From Micrococcales bacterium (GTDB taxonomy: Bacteria; Actinomycetota; Actinomycetes; Actinomycetales; Microbacteriaceae), in contig JBJTMG010000088.1 of NCBI GenBank assembly GCA_046063415.1, positions 2,608-66,607 on the forward strand: 64,000 bases of DNA, written 5' to 3'. Position 1 is the first letter of the stretch. Each line of letters opens with the position of its first letter. Of the stretch, positions 27,882 through 36,773 are shown piece by piece. Both the position numbers and the translations under genes were made by a program. The notes under the pieces are model-generated. The model was not told the origin of the DNA, did not search any database, and saw only the letters and a list, made by a program, of their open reading frames with translations.

Positions 27882-29792
27882 CTATGCCTCGTTTGCTCGC
27901 TTGCGAGCCGAAACCTGGCGAGCACGGATGGTTGGATCCAACTCAACCTTACGAATGCGCACGGCTTCCGGAGTTACCTCGACACACTCGTCCTCGCGAG
28001 CAAACTCTAAACACTCTTCGAGCGAAAGCTTGCGCGGAGGGGTCAAAGACTGGAACTCATCTGACGAAGAAGCGCGCATGTTGGTGAGCTTCTTTTCCTT
28101 GGTGATGTTCACTTCCATGTCGTCTGCGCGCGAGTTCTCGCCTACAACCATGCCTCCGTAGACCTCTTCGGTTGGCTGGACAAAGAACGAACCGCGCTCC
28201 TGCAGCGCGACCATGGCGAACGGAGTTGCAACTCCGGCACGGTCGGCAACCATAGAACCGGTGTTGCGTGTGACAATCTCGCCAGCCCAAGGCTCGTAAC
28301 CGGCCGAAATAGCATTTGCGATACCGGTTCCCTTGGTGGTGGTCAAGAACTCGGTACGGAAACCAATGAGACCACGCGAAGGAATCCGGAACTCCATGCG
28401 AACCCAGCCGGTGCCGTGGTTAGACATGTTGTTCATGCGACCCTTGCGCGATGCCATTAGCTGGGTAATCGCGCCCAAGAATTCTTCGGGGACATCGATG
28501 GTTAGGTCCTCAACTGGCTCGTTTAGCTTGCCGTCGATGCGCTTGGTAACCACCTGAGGCTTTCCAACGGTAAGTTCGTAGCCTTCGCGGCGCATCTGCT
28601 CTACCAAAATTGCAAGCGCTAGCTCACCACGGCCCTGAACTTCCCAGGCGTCTGGACGCTCGGTTGGAAGTACCTTGATTGACACGTTTCCGATAAGTTC
28701 GCGATCCAGGCGGTCCTTGACCAGACGTGCCGTGACCTTGGCACCCTTGACACGACCGGCCATTGGCGAGGTGTTGATTCCAATGGTCATCGAGATGGCT
28801 GGGTCATCTACTGTGATCATGGGTAGGGGTCGTACATCGTCAGGGTCAGCAAGAGTCTCACCAATGGTGATGTCTTCAATACCCGCAACCGCAACAATGT
28901 CACCAGGGAAAGCCTGGTCCGTTGGGTAACGCTCAAGAGCGCGGGTTGCCAAGAGCTCCGTGATCTTAACTGTCTTGGTGGTACCGTCCTGACGAACCCA
29001 AGCTACGTTTTGGCCCTTCTTTAGAGTGCCGTTGAAGATGCGTAGGAGGGCCAAACGACCAAGGAACGGGGAGGCGTCTAGGTTGGTGACGTGTGCCTGC
29101 AATGGGTGCTCGTCATCGTAGGTTGGAGCCGGAATGTGCTTGAGAATGGCACCAAACAGGGGCTCTAGGTCATCGTGGTCTGGAAGAGTTCCGTCAGCCG
29201 GCTTATTGAGGCTGGCACGACCAGCGCGACCCGATGCGTAGATCACCGGTAGTTCAAGAATGCCATCGATGTCGAGGTCTGGGACATCATCGGCTAGGTC
29301 GCTGGCTAGACCCAAGAGCAAGTCGTGGGTCTCCTCAACAACCTCGTCGATTCGAGCGTCAGGGCGGTCGGTCTTGTTAACCAAAAGGATCACCGGAAGC
29401 TTGGCCTCGAGTGCCTTACGAAGCACAAATCGAGTCTGCGGTAGCGGACCCTCGGATGCGTCTACAAGCAGCACAACTCCATCAACCATGGACAAACCGC
29501 GCTCCACCTCGCCACCAAAGTCGGCGTGGCCTGGGGTGTCGATTACGTTGATGGTGATGGTTTTGCCATTGGCCGCGGGACCCGAATAGGAAACCGCGGT
29601 GTTCTTGGCCAAAATGGTGATTCCCTTTTCACGCTCGAGGTCACCCGAGTCCATAACACGCTCGCCTACAGCGGCGTGAGAGTCAAAGGAGTTGGTCTGA
29701 CGCAACATGGCGTCAACCAGAGTTGTTTTACCGTGGTCAACGTGAGCCACGATTGCAACGTTACGAAGTTCATCTCTGCTTACCAGAGCCAT
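27882..29792 (-). CDS. typA: Translational GTPase TypA/BipA
   Basis: ATG at 29792 follows AAAGGA. MALVSRDELRNVAIVAHVDHGKTTLVD, DTPGHADFGGE and NKTDR are G boxes. 636 aa. Confidence 0.95.
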   Translation of the reverse strand: MALVSRDELRNVAIVAHVDHGKTTLVDAMLRQTNSFDSHAAVGERVMDSGDLEREKGITILAKNTAVSYSGPAANGKTITINVIDTPGHADFGGEVERGLSMVDGVVLLVDASEGPLPQTRFVLRKALEAKLPVILLVNKTDRPDARIDEVVEETHDLLLGLASDLADDVPDLDIDGILELPVIYASGRAGRASLNKPADGTLPDHDDLEPLFGAILKHIPAPTYDDEHPLQAHVTNLDASPFLGRLALLRIFNGTLKKGQNVAWVRQDGTTKTVKITELLATRALERYPTDQAFPGDIVAVAGIEDITIGETLADPDDVRPLPMITVDDPAISMTIGINTSPMAGRVKGAKVTARLVKDRLDRELIGNVSIKVLPTERPDAWEVQGRGELALAILVEQMRREGYELTVGKPQVVTKRIDGKLNEPVEDLTIDVPEEFLGAITQLMASRKGRMNNMSNHGTGWVRMEFRIPSRGLIGFRTEFLTTTKGTGIANAISAGYEPWAGEIVTRNTGSMVADRAGVATPFAMVALQERGSFFVQPTEEVYGGMVVGENSRADDMEVNITKEKKLTNMRASSSDEFQSLTPPRKLSLEECLEFAREDECVEVTPEAVRIRKVELDPTIRARQVSARKRANEA

Positions 29793-29906
29793 AAAAACAT
29801 CCTTTATTTGGCGCGGGCACAAACAACGTAAGTGCGTGACGCTTGATTGGAAAATCAGTTGGCGATTCAACGGCCGCTTCTGCGACGAGCCACTGCTTTT
29901 CTTAGT

Positions 29907-31664
29907 CTACTTGGCTGGGGCCGAAACCACCCAGTTCCAATAACCATTTACGAGAGACTGTGTCGAAATGTTTGGAACATATTTTTCAAGTTTTTTTGAG
30001 TAGGCAACACTGTTTGGCAGAGTAAACAGCGGTAACGCGAAGCCATTTTGTACCAGCAACTGGTCGAGCCTTTCCAACTTTGATGTCTCGTTTGCCAGGT
30101 CCTTGGACTTAGAAAGTGAGGCTACGACCTTGTTGACCGAGTCATTCTTAAAACCTGTAGCAGAACCCAGCGCGCTGGCAAGTGCGGTTGAGCTGGAACC
30201 AATCAGTTGCTGATTAGTGATGAATACATCCCAGGAGCCATCGGCGAATGTCTGACTCGGATTATCCGAGGACACGTTTTGAAGCACAAAACCCGAGGCT
30301 TTGGAATAGCGATCCAAGATTCCAAACTCAATCTGTCCGCGAGGGTTTTTGGAGTCGAATAGGACTCTAATTGGGACTTTTTCGGTGTGGCCCGCCTTGA
30401 TGAGTACTTCGCTGGCGAGTTCAGCTTGCTGGAATCGTAAGTCTGAGGTGCCATTTGTTTTCACAGTGGCTTTGTATGGTTCTGTTCCCGGGCTGAAAAC
30501 GAGCGAATCGCTTCTGGTTAAGGCAGAGCCCGGCGACAGAGTAGTTACGAAACCACTCCTCGGAACGTAAAGTTTGAATGCGTCTCTTGCAGCTTCTACG
30601 AGTTTGGCGTTGCTCTTGCTGAGGTTATAAGCAAAAGCAGACCGAGATCGGTAGCTGAAGAGCATAACCTCTTGGGTCTGGGAAACACCAGCCTGGTAAC
30701 TAACCCCAAGGTCAGATGCCGCATCCAAAGATGTGAGGATCTGTGCGTAACTTGTGGTGATGGTCTCAACCGGCATAGCGAGGTCTAGCTCACCTCGATT
30801 CAAGGCGGCAAGAAGGCGTTTGGTTCCGTTGAAGCATTTCACGGTAAGCCGCTCCACTGTGGGCAGTGGCCCCCAGGTGAACTTTGGATTCACCACCAGT
30901 TGCGCTTCCTGGGCCGATGCTTTTTCAATGAGGTACGGGCCAGCCGACACTAGCAAGTCGCCGTCGAGACTAGACGAAGCCTTCGATGTGTTGAGTGCAG
31001 TAATGGTGTTGAAAGCCGAGGCGACCAATGCAAGTTTTTGCGAATCGCCTGATTTTATGGCTTCATTTTGCAGCAATACCGTGTCGGTGTCTGAAGTTGA
31101 GTCAGCCTTAAAAACTTGATTAGCAACCAGATGGGCCGGAACCGTGATTTGAAGGGCAGTTTTCCAGTCCGGTGGCAATATCGGGTACGTAATCTGTAAC
31201 TGGTTAGGTGAAATTACTGGATCTGCCGTTGCGAGCGCCAAGGAACTGGTCTTGGAGATTGAGTTGAAGCCTGCCTGTGATTCGTTGACTGCGGCAGCCC
31301 AAGCCAGAGCAAGGTCCCCCTCCGAAACTGGTTTGCCATCAGACCAAACGGCATTTCCGGATAACTTGTAAGTCACCTTGTTTCCGACAGCTGTAACGGT
31401 TCCAAATGCTTCATTTGCGACCAACTCGCCATTCGCGTCAACGCTGTAAAAAGAAGGCATGGTCAATATTGCGAGGTCAGAATTTGACCGCATTTGGCCT
31501 GTAGTTGCCAACACAGCGGAATTAATGTTGGACAAATACGAGCCTTCGCCAATGACCAGGCTTGAGCCCTTTACTAGGCCAGCAGGCTGAGAGCACGAGG
31601 TTAGGGTGAGCACAGAAAGGGAAAGCGCCAAAAGCCCCAGCAGAAGACGCTTCATTTTTCCCAT
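29907..31664 (-). CDS. ABC transporter substrate-binding lipoprotein (peptide/nickel family-5-like)
   Basis: 585 aa with a signal peptide and lipobox LTLTSC. It is the last gene of the ABC cluster. Confidence 0.75.
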   Translation of the reverse strand: MGKMKRLLLGLLALSLSVLTLTSCSQPAGLVKGSSLVIGEGSYLSNINSAVLATTGQMRSNSDLAILTMPSFYSVDANGELVANEAFGTVTAVGNKVTYKLSGNAVWSDGKPVSEGDLALAWAAAVNESQAGFNSISKTSSLALATADPVISPNQLQITYPILPPDWKTALQITVPAHLVANQVFKADSTSDTDTVLLQNEAIKSGDSQKLALVASAFNTITALNTSKASSSLDGDLLVSAGPYLIEKASAQEAQLVVNPKFTWGPLPTVERLTVKCFNGTKRLLAALNRGELDLAMPVETITTSYAQILTSLDAASDLGVSYQAGVSQTQEVMLFSYRSRSAFAYNLSKSNAKLVEAARDAFKLYVPRSGFVTTLSPGSALTRSDSLVFSPGTEPYKATVKTNGTSDLRFQQAELASEVLIKAGHTEKVPIRVLFDSKNPRGQIEFGILDRYSKASGFVLQNVSSDNPSQTFADGSWDVFITNQQLIGSSSTALASALGSATGFKNDSVNKVVASLSKSKDLANETSKLERLDQLLVQNGFALPLFTLPNSVAYSKKLEKYVPNISTQSLVNGYWNWVVSAPAK

Positions 31665-31710
31665 AAGGATTCCAAGGTTACCAACTCCGGGACTCCCGAA
31701 AACCTAACTA

Positions 31711-33366
31711 CTAGTTGCCCAGTATTTTTGCCCTGGCTTCGCGTCTGAGCTTCTGCTCGGCAGGGTCAGGAACCGGAACAGCGGCAAGCAGCCGTTGGGT
31801 ATAGGCATCCTTGGGGTTCCTCAGAATCTGGTCGCGCGGACCAACTTCCACAAGGCGTCCGTTCTGCATCACCGCAATGCGATGCGACAGGATGTCCACA
31901 ACTGCAAGATCGTGGCTAATGAAGAGGCAGGCGAACTTTAGTTTGTTCTGAAGTTCAAGCAACAGCTCCAGGAATCTTGCCTGAACAGAAACGTCTAGTG
32001 CAGATGTTGGCTCATCGGCAATGAGAAGGTCTGGAGCTAGTGCCAAGGCTCGGGCGATACCTACTCGCTGGCGCTGGCCACCGGAGAGTTCATGAGGGTA
32101 CCGGTTCCGATAACTTCTGGGGAGTTCAACCTGGTCGAGCAAGTCCTCAACCATGCGATTCAGCTCGTCACCCTTGGCTATTCCAGCCAAGAGGATAGGT
32201 TCTCCAATGCTCTCTCCAATAGGAAGGCGAGGGTTCAACGATGACGCGGGGTCCTGGAAAACAATTCCGGTGTTTCGTCTGATTGCACGAAGATCCTTGA
32301 GAGTGGCGTGGCTGATGTCCTTGCCAACCACTTCAATCGAACCGCTCTTTACCGGCAAAAGCCCAATTGCTGCGCGACCGACAGTGGTTTTTCCAGAACC
32401 CGATTCACCAACGAGCCCGACGATCTCACCAGGGTAAATCTCGAGCGAGAAGTCCTGTACCGCCTTGAAAGCAGGGACACGACCGCGCTTGGGGTACTCA
32501 ATGGTCAAATCTTTGATTCGAAGAACCGGCTGGGCGCCATCTGCTTGCTGCGGAAGCTCCCGGACTGCTACAGAACCTAGTTTTGGAACCGAAGCCAAAA
32601 GCTGTTGGGTATAAGGGTGCTGTGGGCGATTGAAAATGTTGTCGGCAGTGTCTGCCTCAACTGTGAAACCGTCCTTCATGACCAAAATCTTGTCCGCTAG
32701 GTCAGCCACAACTCCCATGTCGTGAGTGATAAGAAGTACGGCAGAGTCGAGCTTGTCCTTGAGGTTACGCATCAGGTCAATGATTTCGGCCTGAACCGTA
32801 ACATCGAGCGCCGTGGTTGGCTCGTCCGCGATGAGTAGTACTGGGTCACAAGCAAGCGACTGAGCGATCATCGCACGTTGACGCTGCCCACCGGAGAGCT
32901 GATGAGGGTATTTGTCGAAAGTTTTTTCCGGATTAGGAAGTTCGACCATGTCAATGAGCTCAATCGCGCGCTTCTTGGCTTCCTTTGGGCTCAAATCCAA
33001 GTGGGTTCGAAGCACCTCAACAATTTGGAATCCGATCGTGTAAACCGGGTTCATGGCTGTCATTGGCTCTTGGAAGATGTATGCGACCTGGCTGCCTCGG
33101 TACTTACGAATGGCCTGATTGCTCAGCCCTAGCATTTCAATACCGTTTACCTTGACACTTCCCGAGGTACGCGCATTGGAGGCTAGAAGCCCCATGAGTC
33201 CCATCGAGGATGAACTCTTACCGGAACCTGACTCGCCTACAATGGCCAAGACTTCGCCAGCGGCGACCTCGTAGTTCATGTCGATAGCAGCTGGGTACCA
33301 GACGCCGTCAACCCAGAAGTCAACGTTGAAATTCTCTACCTTGAGAATGGGTTGTTTAGTGGCCAT
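31711..33366 (-). CDS. Fused double ABC ATPase (DppD/DppF-OppD/OppF type)
   Basis: 551 aa with two Walker A motifs (GESGSGKSS, GESGSGKTT), two LSGGQRQR signatures and two Walker B motifs (LIADEPT). Confidence 0.9.
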   Translation of the reverse strand: MATKQPILKVENFNVDFWVDGVWYPAAIDMNYEVAAGEVLAIVGESGSGKSSSSMGLMGLLASNARTSGSVKVNGIEMLGLSNQAIRKYRGSQVAYIFQEPMTAMNPVYTIGFQIVEVLRTHLDLSPKEAKKRAIELIDMVELPNPEKTFDKYPHQLSGGQRQRAMIAQSLACDPVLLIADEPTTALDVTVQAEIIDLMRNLKDKLDSAVLLITHDMGVVADLADKILVMKDGFTVEADTADNIFNRPQHPYTQQLLASVPKLGSVAVRELPQQADGAQPVLRIKDLTIEYPKRGRVPAFKAVQDFSLEIYPGEIVGLVGESGSGKTTVGRAAIGLLPVKSGSIEVVGKDISHATLKDLRAIRRNTGIVFQDPASSLNPRLPIGESIGEPILLAGIAKGDELNRMVEDLLDQVELPRSYRNRYPHELSGGQRQRVGIARALALAPDLLIADEPTSALDVSVQARFLELLLELQNKLKFACLFISHDLAVVDILSHRIAVMQNGRLVEVGPRDQILRNPKDAYTQRLLAAVPVPDPAEQKLRREARAKILGN

Positions 33367-33413
33367 TAGTTCTTACCGCCCTGTGACTTCATTGATTCTG
33401 CGAGGATTGAAAT

Positions 33414-34010
33414 ATGTTTGAACGTCAAATCTTTAGGCCCTTGAGTAATCTGGCTCTTGCCGGCACGGTTTTCCTGCTTGCCGCCTTGTACCCCATAGAG
33501 CCTCTGATTCGCCAGAACTGGCTTGGCTTTGCCGCAGCCACAGCCGTCTCCGCAACCGCAGTCGCTCTTTCCTGGATCGCTTTCGTCAGACCTAAGCTCA
33601 TAATTGATGACGTCAAGATCACTATCGTGAACCCGTTCCGGACCGTAGTAATCCCCTACGGAAAAATCGAAATTATCGATTCCAAATACTCTCTGGTAAT
33701 AACCACCGAAAACGGCAAATTCAGCTGCTGGGTTGCTCCAGCCCCTAGTCGGTACGGGGGAAGAGGCGTCATCAAAGCCGACATTCGAAACCTGCCCATT
33801 ACCTCCGGCCAAGACTCTCAGATTCGCGCCAGCGACTCCCCCAAATCGCACTCGGGGCAGGCTGCTGTTCTTGTGAGAATGGCGGTTGAAACTTTCAATC
33901 GCGCCGCCGTCAACAGCGATGACAAAGTTACTCAGCACTTCAACGTGGTTGGCGCAACCCTGACCCTGGCTCTGCTGCTGAGTGCCGTAGCACTGCAACT
34001 GGTTCATTAG
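33414..34010 (+). CDS. Membrane protein with a PH-like (bacterial pleckstrin-homology-type) domain, encoded antisense within the ABC cluster
   Basis: GAGGA sits 7 nt before the ATG. It is 198 aa with two N-terminal TM helices, then RPKLIIDDVKITIVNPFRTVVIPYGKIEIIDSKYSLVITTENGKFSCWVAP (membrane-anchored bacterial PH-like pattern) and a C-terminal TM. C-ending two-fold codons match the rest of the window. Confidence 0.65.
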   Translation: MFERQIFRPLSNLALAGTVFLLAALYPIEPLIRQNWLGFAAATAVSATAVALSWIAFVRPKLIIDDVKITIVNPFRTVVIPYGKIEIIDSKYSLVITTENGKFSCWVAPAPSRYGGRGVIKADIRNLPITSGQDSQIRASDSPKSHSGQAAVLVRMAVETFNRAAVNSDDKVTQHFNVVGATLTLALLLSAVALQLVH

Positions 34011-35086
34011 CTGGCAACCTTCTTGAGCTGGGTGGCTCGCTCACGATCTCTGCGGGTAATGCGACGGCGCTGACGAGGGTCGAATGCGTCGCGCAGACCG
34101 TCACCAATGAAGTTGATGCAGAGCGCAATGGTGATGATGATGAGGCCTGGCCACCAGAACAACCAAGGACGAGTGGTGAACGAGTCCTGATACTGGCTGA
34201 TTAGGCTTCCGAGCGATACATCGGGGCTCACCACACCAAATCCAAGGTAGCTAAGTGCGGTCTCAAGAAGGATCGCACCTGACATAAGCAGCGTCACCGA
34301 AACGATGATTACGCCCACGGCGTTGGGCAGAATGTGCTTAAAAATGATTCGGGTGTTTGAGGCTCCCGCGACACGCGCTGCATCCACAAACTCGCGCTCA
34401 CGCAGGCTCAGGAACTCACCACGGACCAATCGAGCAAGACCGGTCCAAGCAAACACACCAAGGAACACACCAAGGAAGAACACACCAAGGTTTCCAATTC
34501 GGTAACCGATCACGGCACCAATAATGAGGGTTGGAATGGTAATGATGAGGTCGGTGATGCGCATCAGGACGGCATCTACCCAGCCGCGGAAGAATCCGGC
34601 GATTGCTCCAATGACGGTTCCCATGAACGCCGCAATGATACCGATGACGAACATGATCATGATTGACTGCTCTGCTCCGCGCATTGCTAGCGCAAAGTAG
34701 TCACGACCAATGTCGTCCTGACCAAATGGGTGATCGCCAATGGCAACTCCAGTGCCATCGATGAATGAAGGCAGCAGATCAAGGCTGGGGCAGCCAACGA
34801 TGTTCTCGGGGCAGGTCTCATAGACCAGCTCAGGTAGGTCGGTGATTGAGTAGTGCCACCAACCAGGGATAACAATCGGGTCCTTCTCACTGCCGAATCG
34901 AAGACCCGAGGCAGTGAATACGAACAGGATTAGAGTCACGAGAACAACAACCGAAACCATTGCGGCGCGGTGTCGAACGAATCTTCTCAGAACAATTTGC
35001 GATTGGCTCAGGCCGGCGGTTTCGCGCTGTTCAATGGCATTTTCGCCGGCTTCAACAGTCGCGGCTTCTTGATTCTTCTTAGCCAT
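34007..35086 (-). CDS. ABC peptide-type permease (OppC/DppC-like)
   Basis: 359 aa with 6 TM segments and the EAA-like loop FVDAARVAGASNTRIIFKHILPN. Confidence 0.9.
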   Translation of the reverse strand: MAKKNQEAATVEAGENAIEQRETAGLSQSQIVLRRFVRHRAAMVSVVVLVTLILFVFTASGLRFGSEKDPIVIPGWWHYSITDLPELVYETCPENIVGCPSLDLLPSFIDGTGVAIGDHPFGQDDIGRDYFALAMRGAEQSIMIMFVIGIIAAFMGTVIGAIAGFFRGWVDAVLMRITDLIITIPTLIIGAVIGYRIGNLGVFFLGVFLGVFAWTGLARLVRGEFLSLREREFVDAARVAGASNTRIIFKHILPNAVGVIIVSVTLLMSGAILLETALSYLGFGVVSPDVSLGSLISQYQDSFTTRPWLFWWPGLIIITIALCINFIGDGLRDAFDPRQRRRITRRDRERATQLKKVAS

Positions 35087-35091
35087 GGTTT

Positions 35092-36630
35092 TTACTTTCC
35101 AACTCGAATACGAGGATCAAGGGCCGAATAGATGAGGTCAGCGGCAAGGTTTGCCAACAAAGCCATCGATGCGGTGACAAAAAACACACCCATAAGCAGG
35201 TTCAGGTCCTGCCCTCCGATTGCCTGGTTGAACAGGGTGCCCATGCCGACCCAGCCGAAAACCTTTTCGGTGATGATGGCTCCACCAATGATTCCTGCGA
35301 AGTCGAAGGCCATGATGGTGGTAAGCGGGATCAGCGCGTTTCTAAATGCGTGACGCATAATCACGGTGCGTTCGGTAAGTCCCTTGGCACGAGCGGTCCG
35401 GATGTAATCCTGGTTCAGAACCTCAAGAAGGCTTCCGCGCGAGTATCGAACGTAGCCAGCGAAGGAAATGATCATTAGAGCCATGGTTGGCAGGAACAGG
35501 TGAAGCATGGAGTCCAAGGTCAGGAACCAGAAGTCCTCGGTGACCAACAAGGTGTTGACCTGACCGATGGTTGGAACCGGACGGAAGTTAATCGCATCTG
35601 TACTGGAGTACGAATACCAAGTCCGCATGATCTTGTCCACCAGGATTATGCCGGCCACCAGTACACCTGTTATGACCGTGGTGCGAACTGTGGCGCTTCT
35701 GTCAATCTTGGTTGAGAACCAGCCGATTGCCCAAGAGACGACGATTGTCGCAGCCGCAAGTAGAAGCAACTGAACAAAATCAAAACTTGGGTTCAGAACC
35801 GACTGAATTGGGAAGTAGATGATGAAACCCAGGACAGCTACTGCAAGGGATGCGTAGAGCGCCCTTCGGTTTGAGATACCCATTGAAATTTGTGTTACTC
35901 CAACGGCCACTCCAATTCCCAGAACCAATACCATTCCTGGCCCAAGCGCAGGTTTCGTGAACCAGTCCAGGGTGTCAAGCAACCACAGCGCCAGTGCTGA
36001 GCTAGCAAACGCAGTGAAGAAGATGATCCATACTTTTCGCCGCTCACCACCGATGATTCCGGCCCAGAAGATTCCGCTTGCTAGTGAGAGCCAGAATAGC
36101 CAAGGCATTGTCACAGTGGGATCGGCAAGGAAGTTGTTGAAACCAATTGCGAGGTACTGCTTTAGGAGTACGGCTACCCAGAAGATAGGTAGCGAGAAGA
36201 ACAGGAACGAAACAAAAGTCATTGAGTAGTCAAAGCGACTGTACTGACGAAGTGCGGTGATGATACCAATGGTGATTCCAAGCACGATTGCCAAAATGGT
36301 GGCGCCGAGGACCAACCGAATGGTGGTTGGTATGGCAGCTGTGATTGCCTCCCCCACCGGTTCACCAGTGCGGGTCTTGCCAAGGTCAAAGTCACCGACA
36401 AAAATTCCAAGAACGCCCTTGAGCCAGTTGAAGAAACGAATTGGAGGCGGCACGTCTAGTTGAAGGTCGCGCGTTAGCACAAGCATTTGTTGCTTGGCAT
36501 TGGGCGCCTTGCTAATGCGAAGCTCTTCAAGAGGGTCACCGGCAAGTGCCTCGAGGTTGTAAATAAGGAAGCTGGATCCAAGCAGGATCACCAATAGAAC
36601 CGAAATACGGCGAGTTATGAAGCCGAACAA
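35092..36630 (-). CDS. ABC peptide-type permease (OppB/DppB-like) with a ~180-aa multi-TM insertion
   Basis: 512 aa, where about 310-330 would be usual. The EAA loop YIRTARAKGLTERTVIMRHAFRNALIP is present. About six extra hydrophobic helices lie between residues ~165 and ~345. Confidence 0.85.
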   Translation of the reverse strand: MFGFITRRISVLLVILLGSSFLIYNLEALAGDPLEELRISKAPNAKQQMLVLTRDLQLDVPPPIRFFNWLKGVLGIFVGDFDLGKTRTGEPVGEAITAAIPTTIRLVLGATILAIVLGITIGIITALRQYSRFDYSMTFVSFLFFSLPIFWVAVLLKQYLAIGFNNFLADPTVTMPWLFWLSLASGIFWAGIIGGERRKVWIIFFTAFASSALALWLLDTLDWFTKPALGPGMVLVLGIGVAVGVTQISMGISNRRALYASLAVAVLGFIIYFPIQSVLNPSFDFVQLLLLAAATIVVSWAIGWFSTKIDRSATVRTTVITGVLVAGIILVDKIMRTWYSYSSTDAINFRPVPTIGQVNTLLVTEDFWFLTLDSMLHLFLPTMALMIISFAGYVRYSRGSLLEVLNQDYIRTARAKGLTERTVIMRHAFRNALIPLTTIMAFDFAGIIGGAIITEKVFGWVGMGTLFNQAIGGQDLNLLMGVFFVTASMALLANLAADLIYSALDPRIRVGK

Positions 36631-36703
36631 ATCAAGCCACTTCCTTTTTAGACGTCATTGGCAACTTAGAAAAGTTTATGTTGATAAAACTGCCGCCAGC
36701 AAA

Positions 36704-36742
36704 CTTGTGGCAGCCGGTTCAAATATCCCCGGCTGCCACAAG
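36704..36742 (-). terminator. Strong stem-loop just downstream of the substrate-binding-protein gene; possibly a partial terminator or mRNA stabiliser
   Basis: A perfect 14-bp stem CTTGTGGCAGCCGG / CCGGCTGCCACAAG with an 11-nt loop. Only a weak U-tract (TTTG) follows on the minus strand. Confidence 0.55.
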
Positions 36743-36773
36743 TGACTAGCTGTGTAGTCCTAGTCTTTTCAGA

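Noticed and set aside
33366-34007. Minus-strand 213-aa ORF that fits flush between the permease and ATPase genes and could pass as an operon member
   Set aside because: It is codon-aligned antisense to the plus ORF, the register in which shadow ORFs stay open when TTA/CTA/TCA codons are rare. Its product is G/N/D/Q-rich (CGCGDGCGCG) with no TM segment or motif, whereas the plus product has a coherent TM/PH-like architecture and a good RBS. I kept it as a finding because I cannot prove this without expression data.
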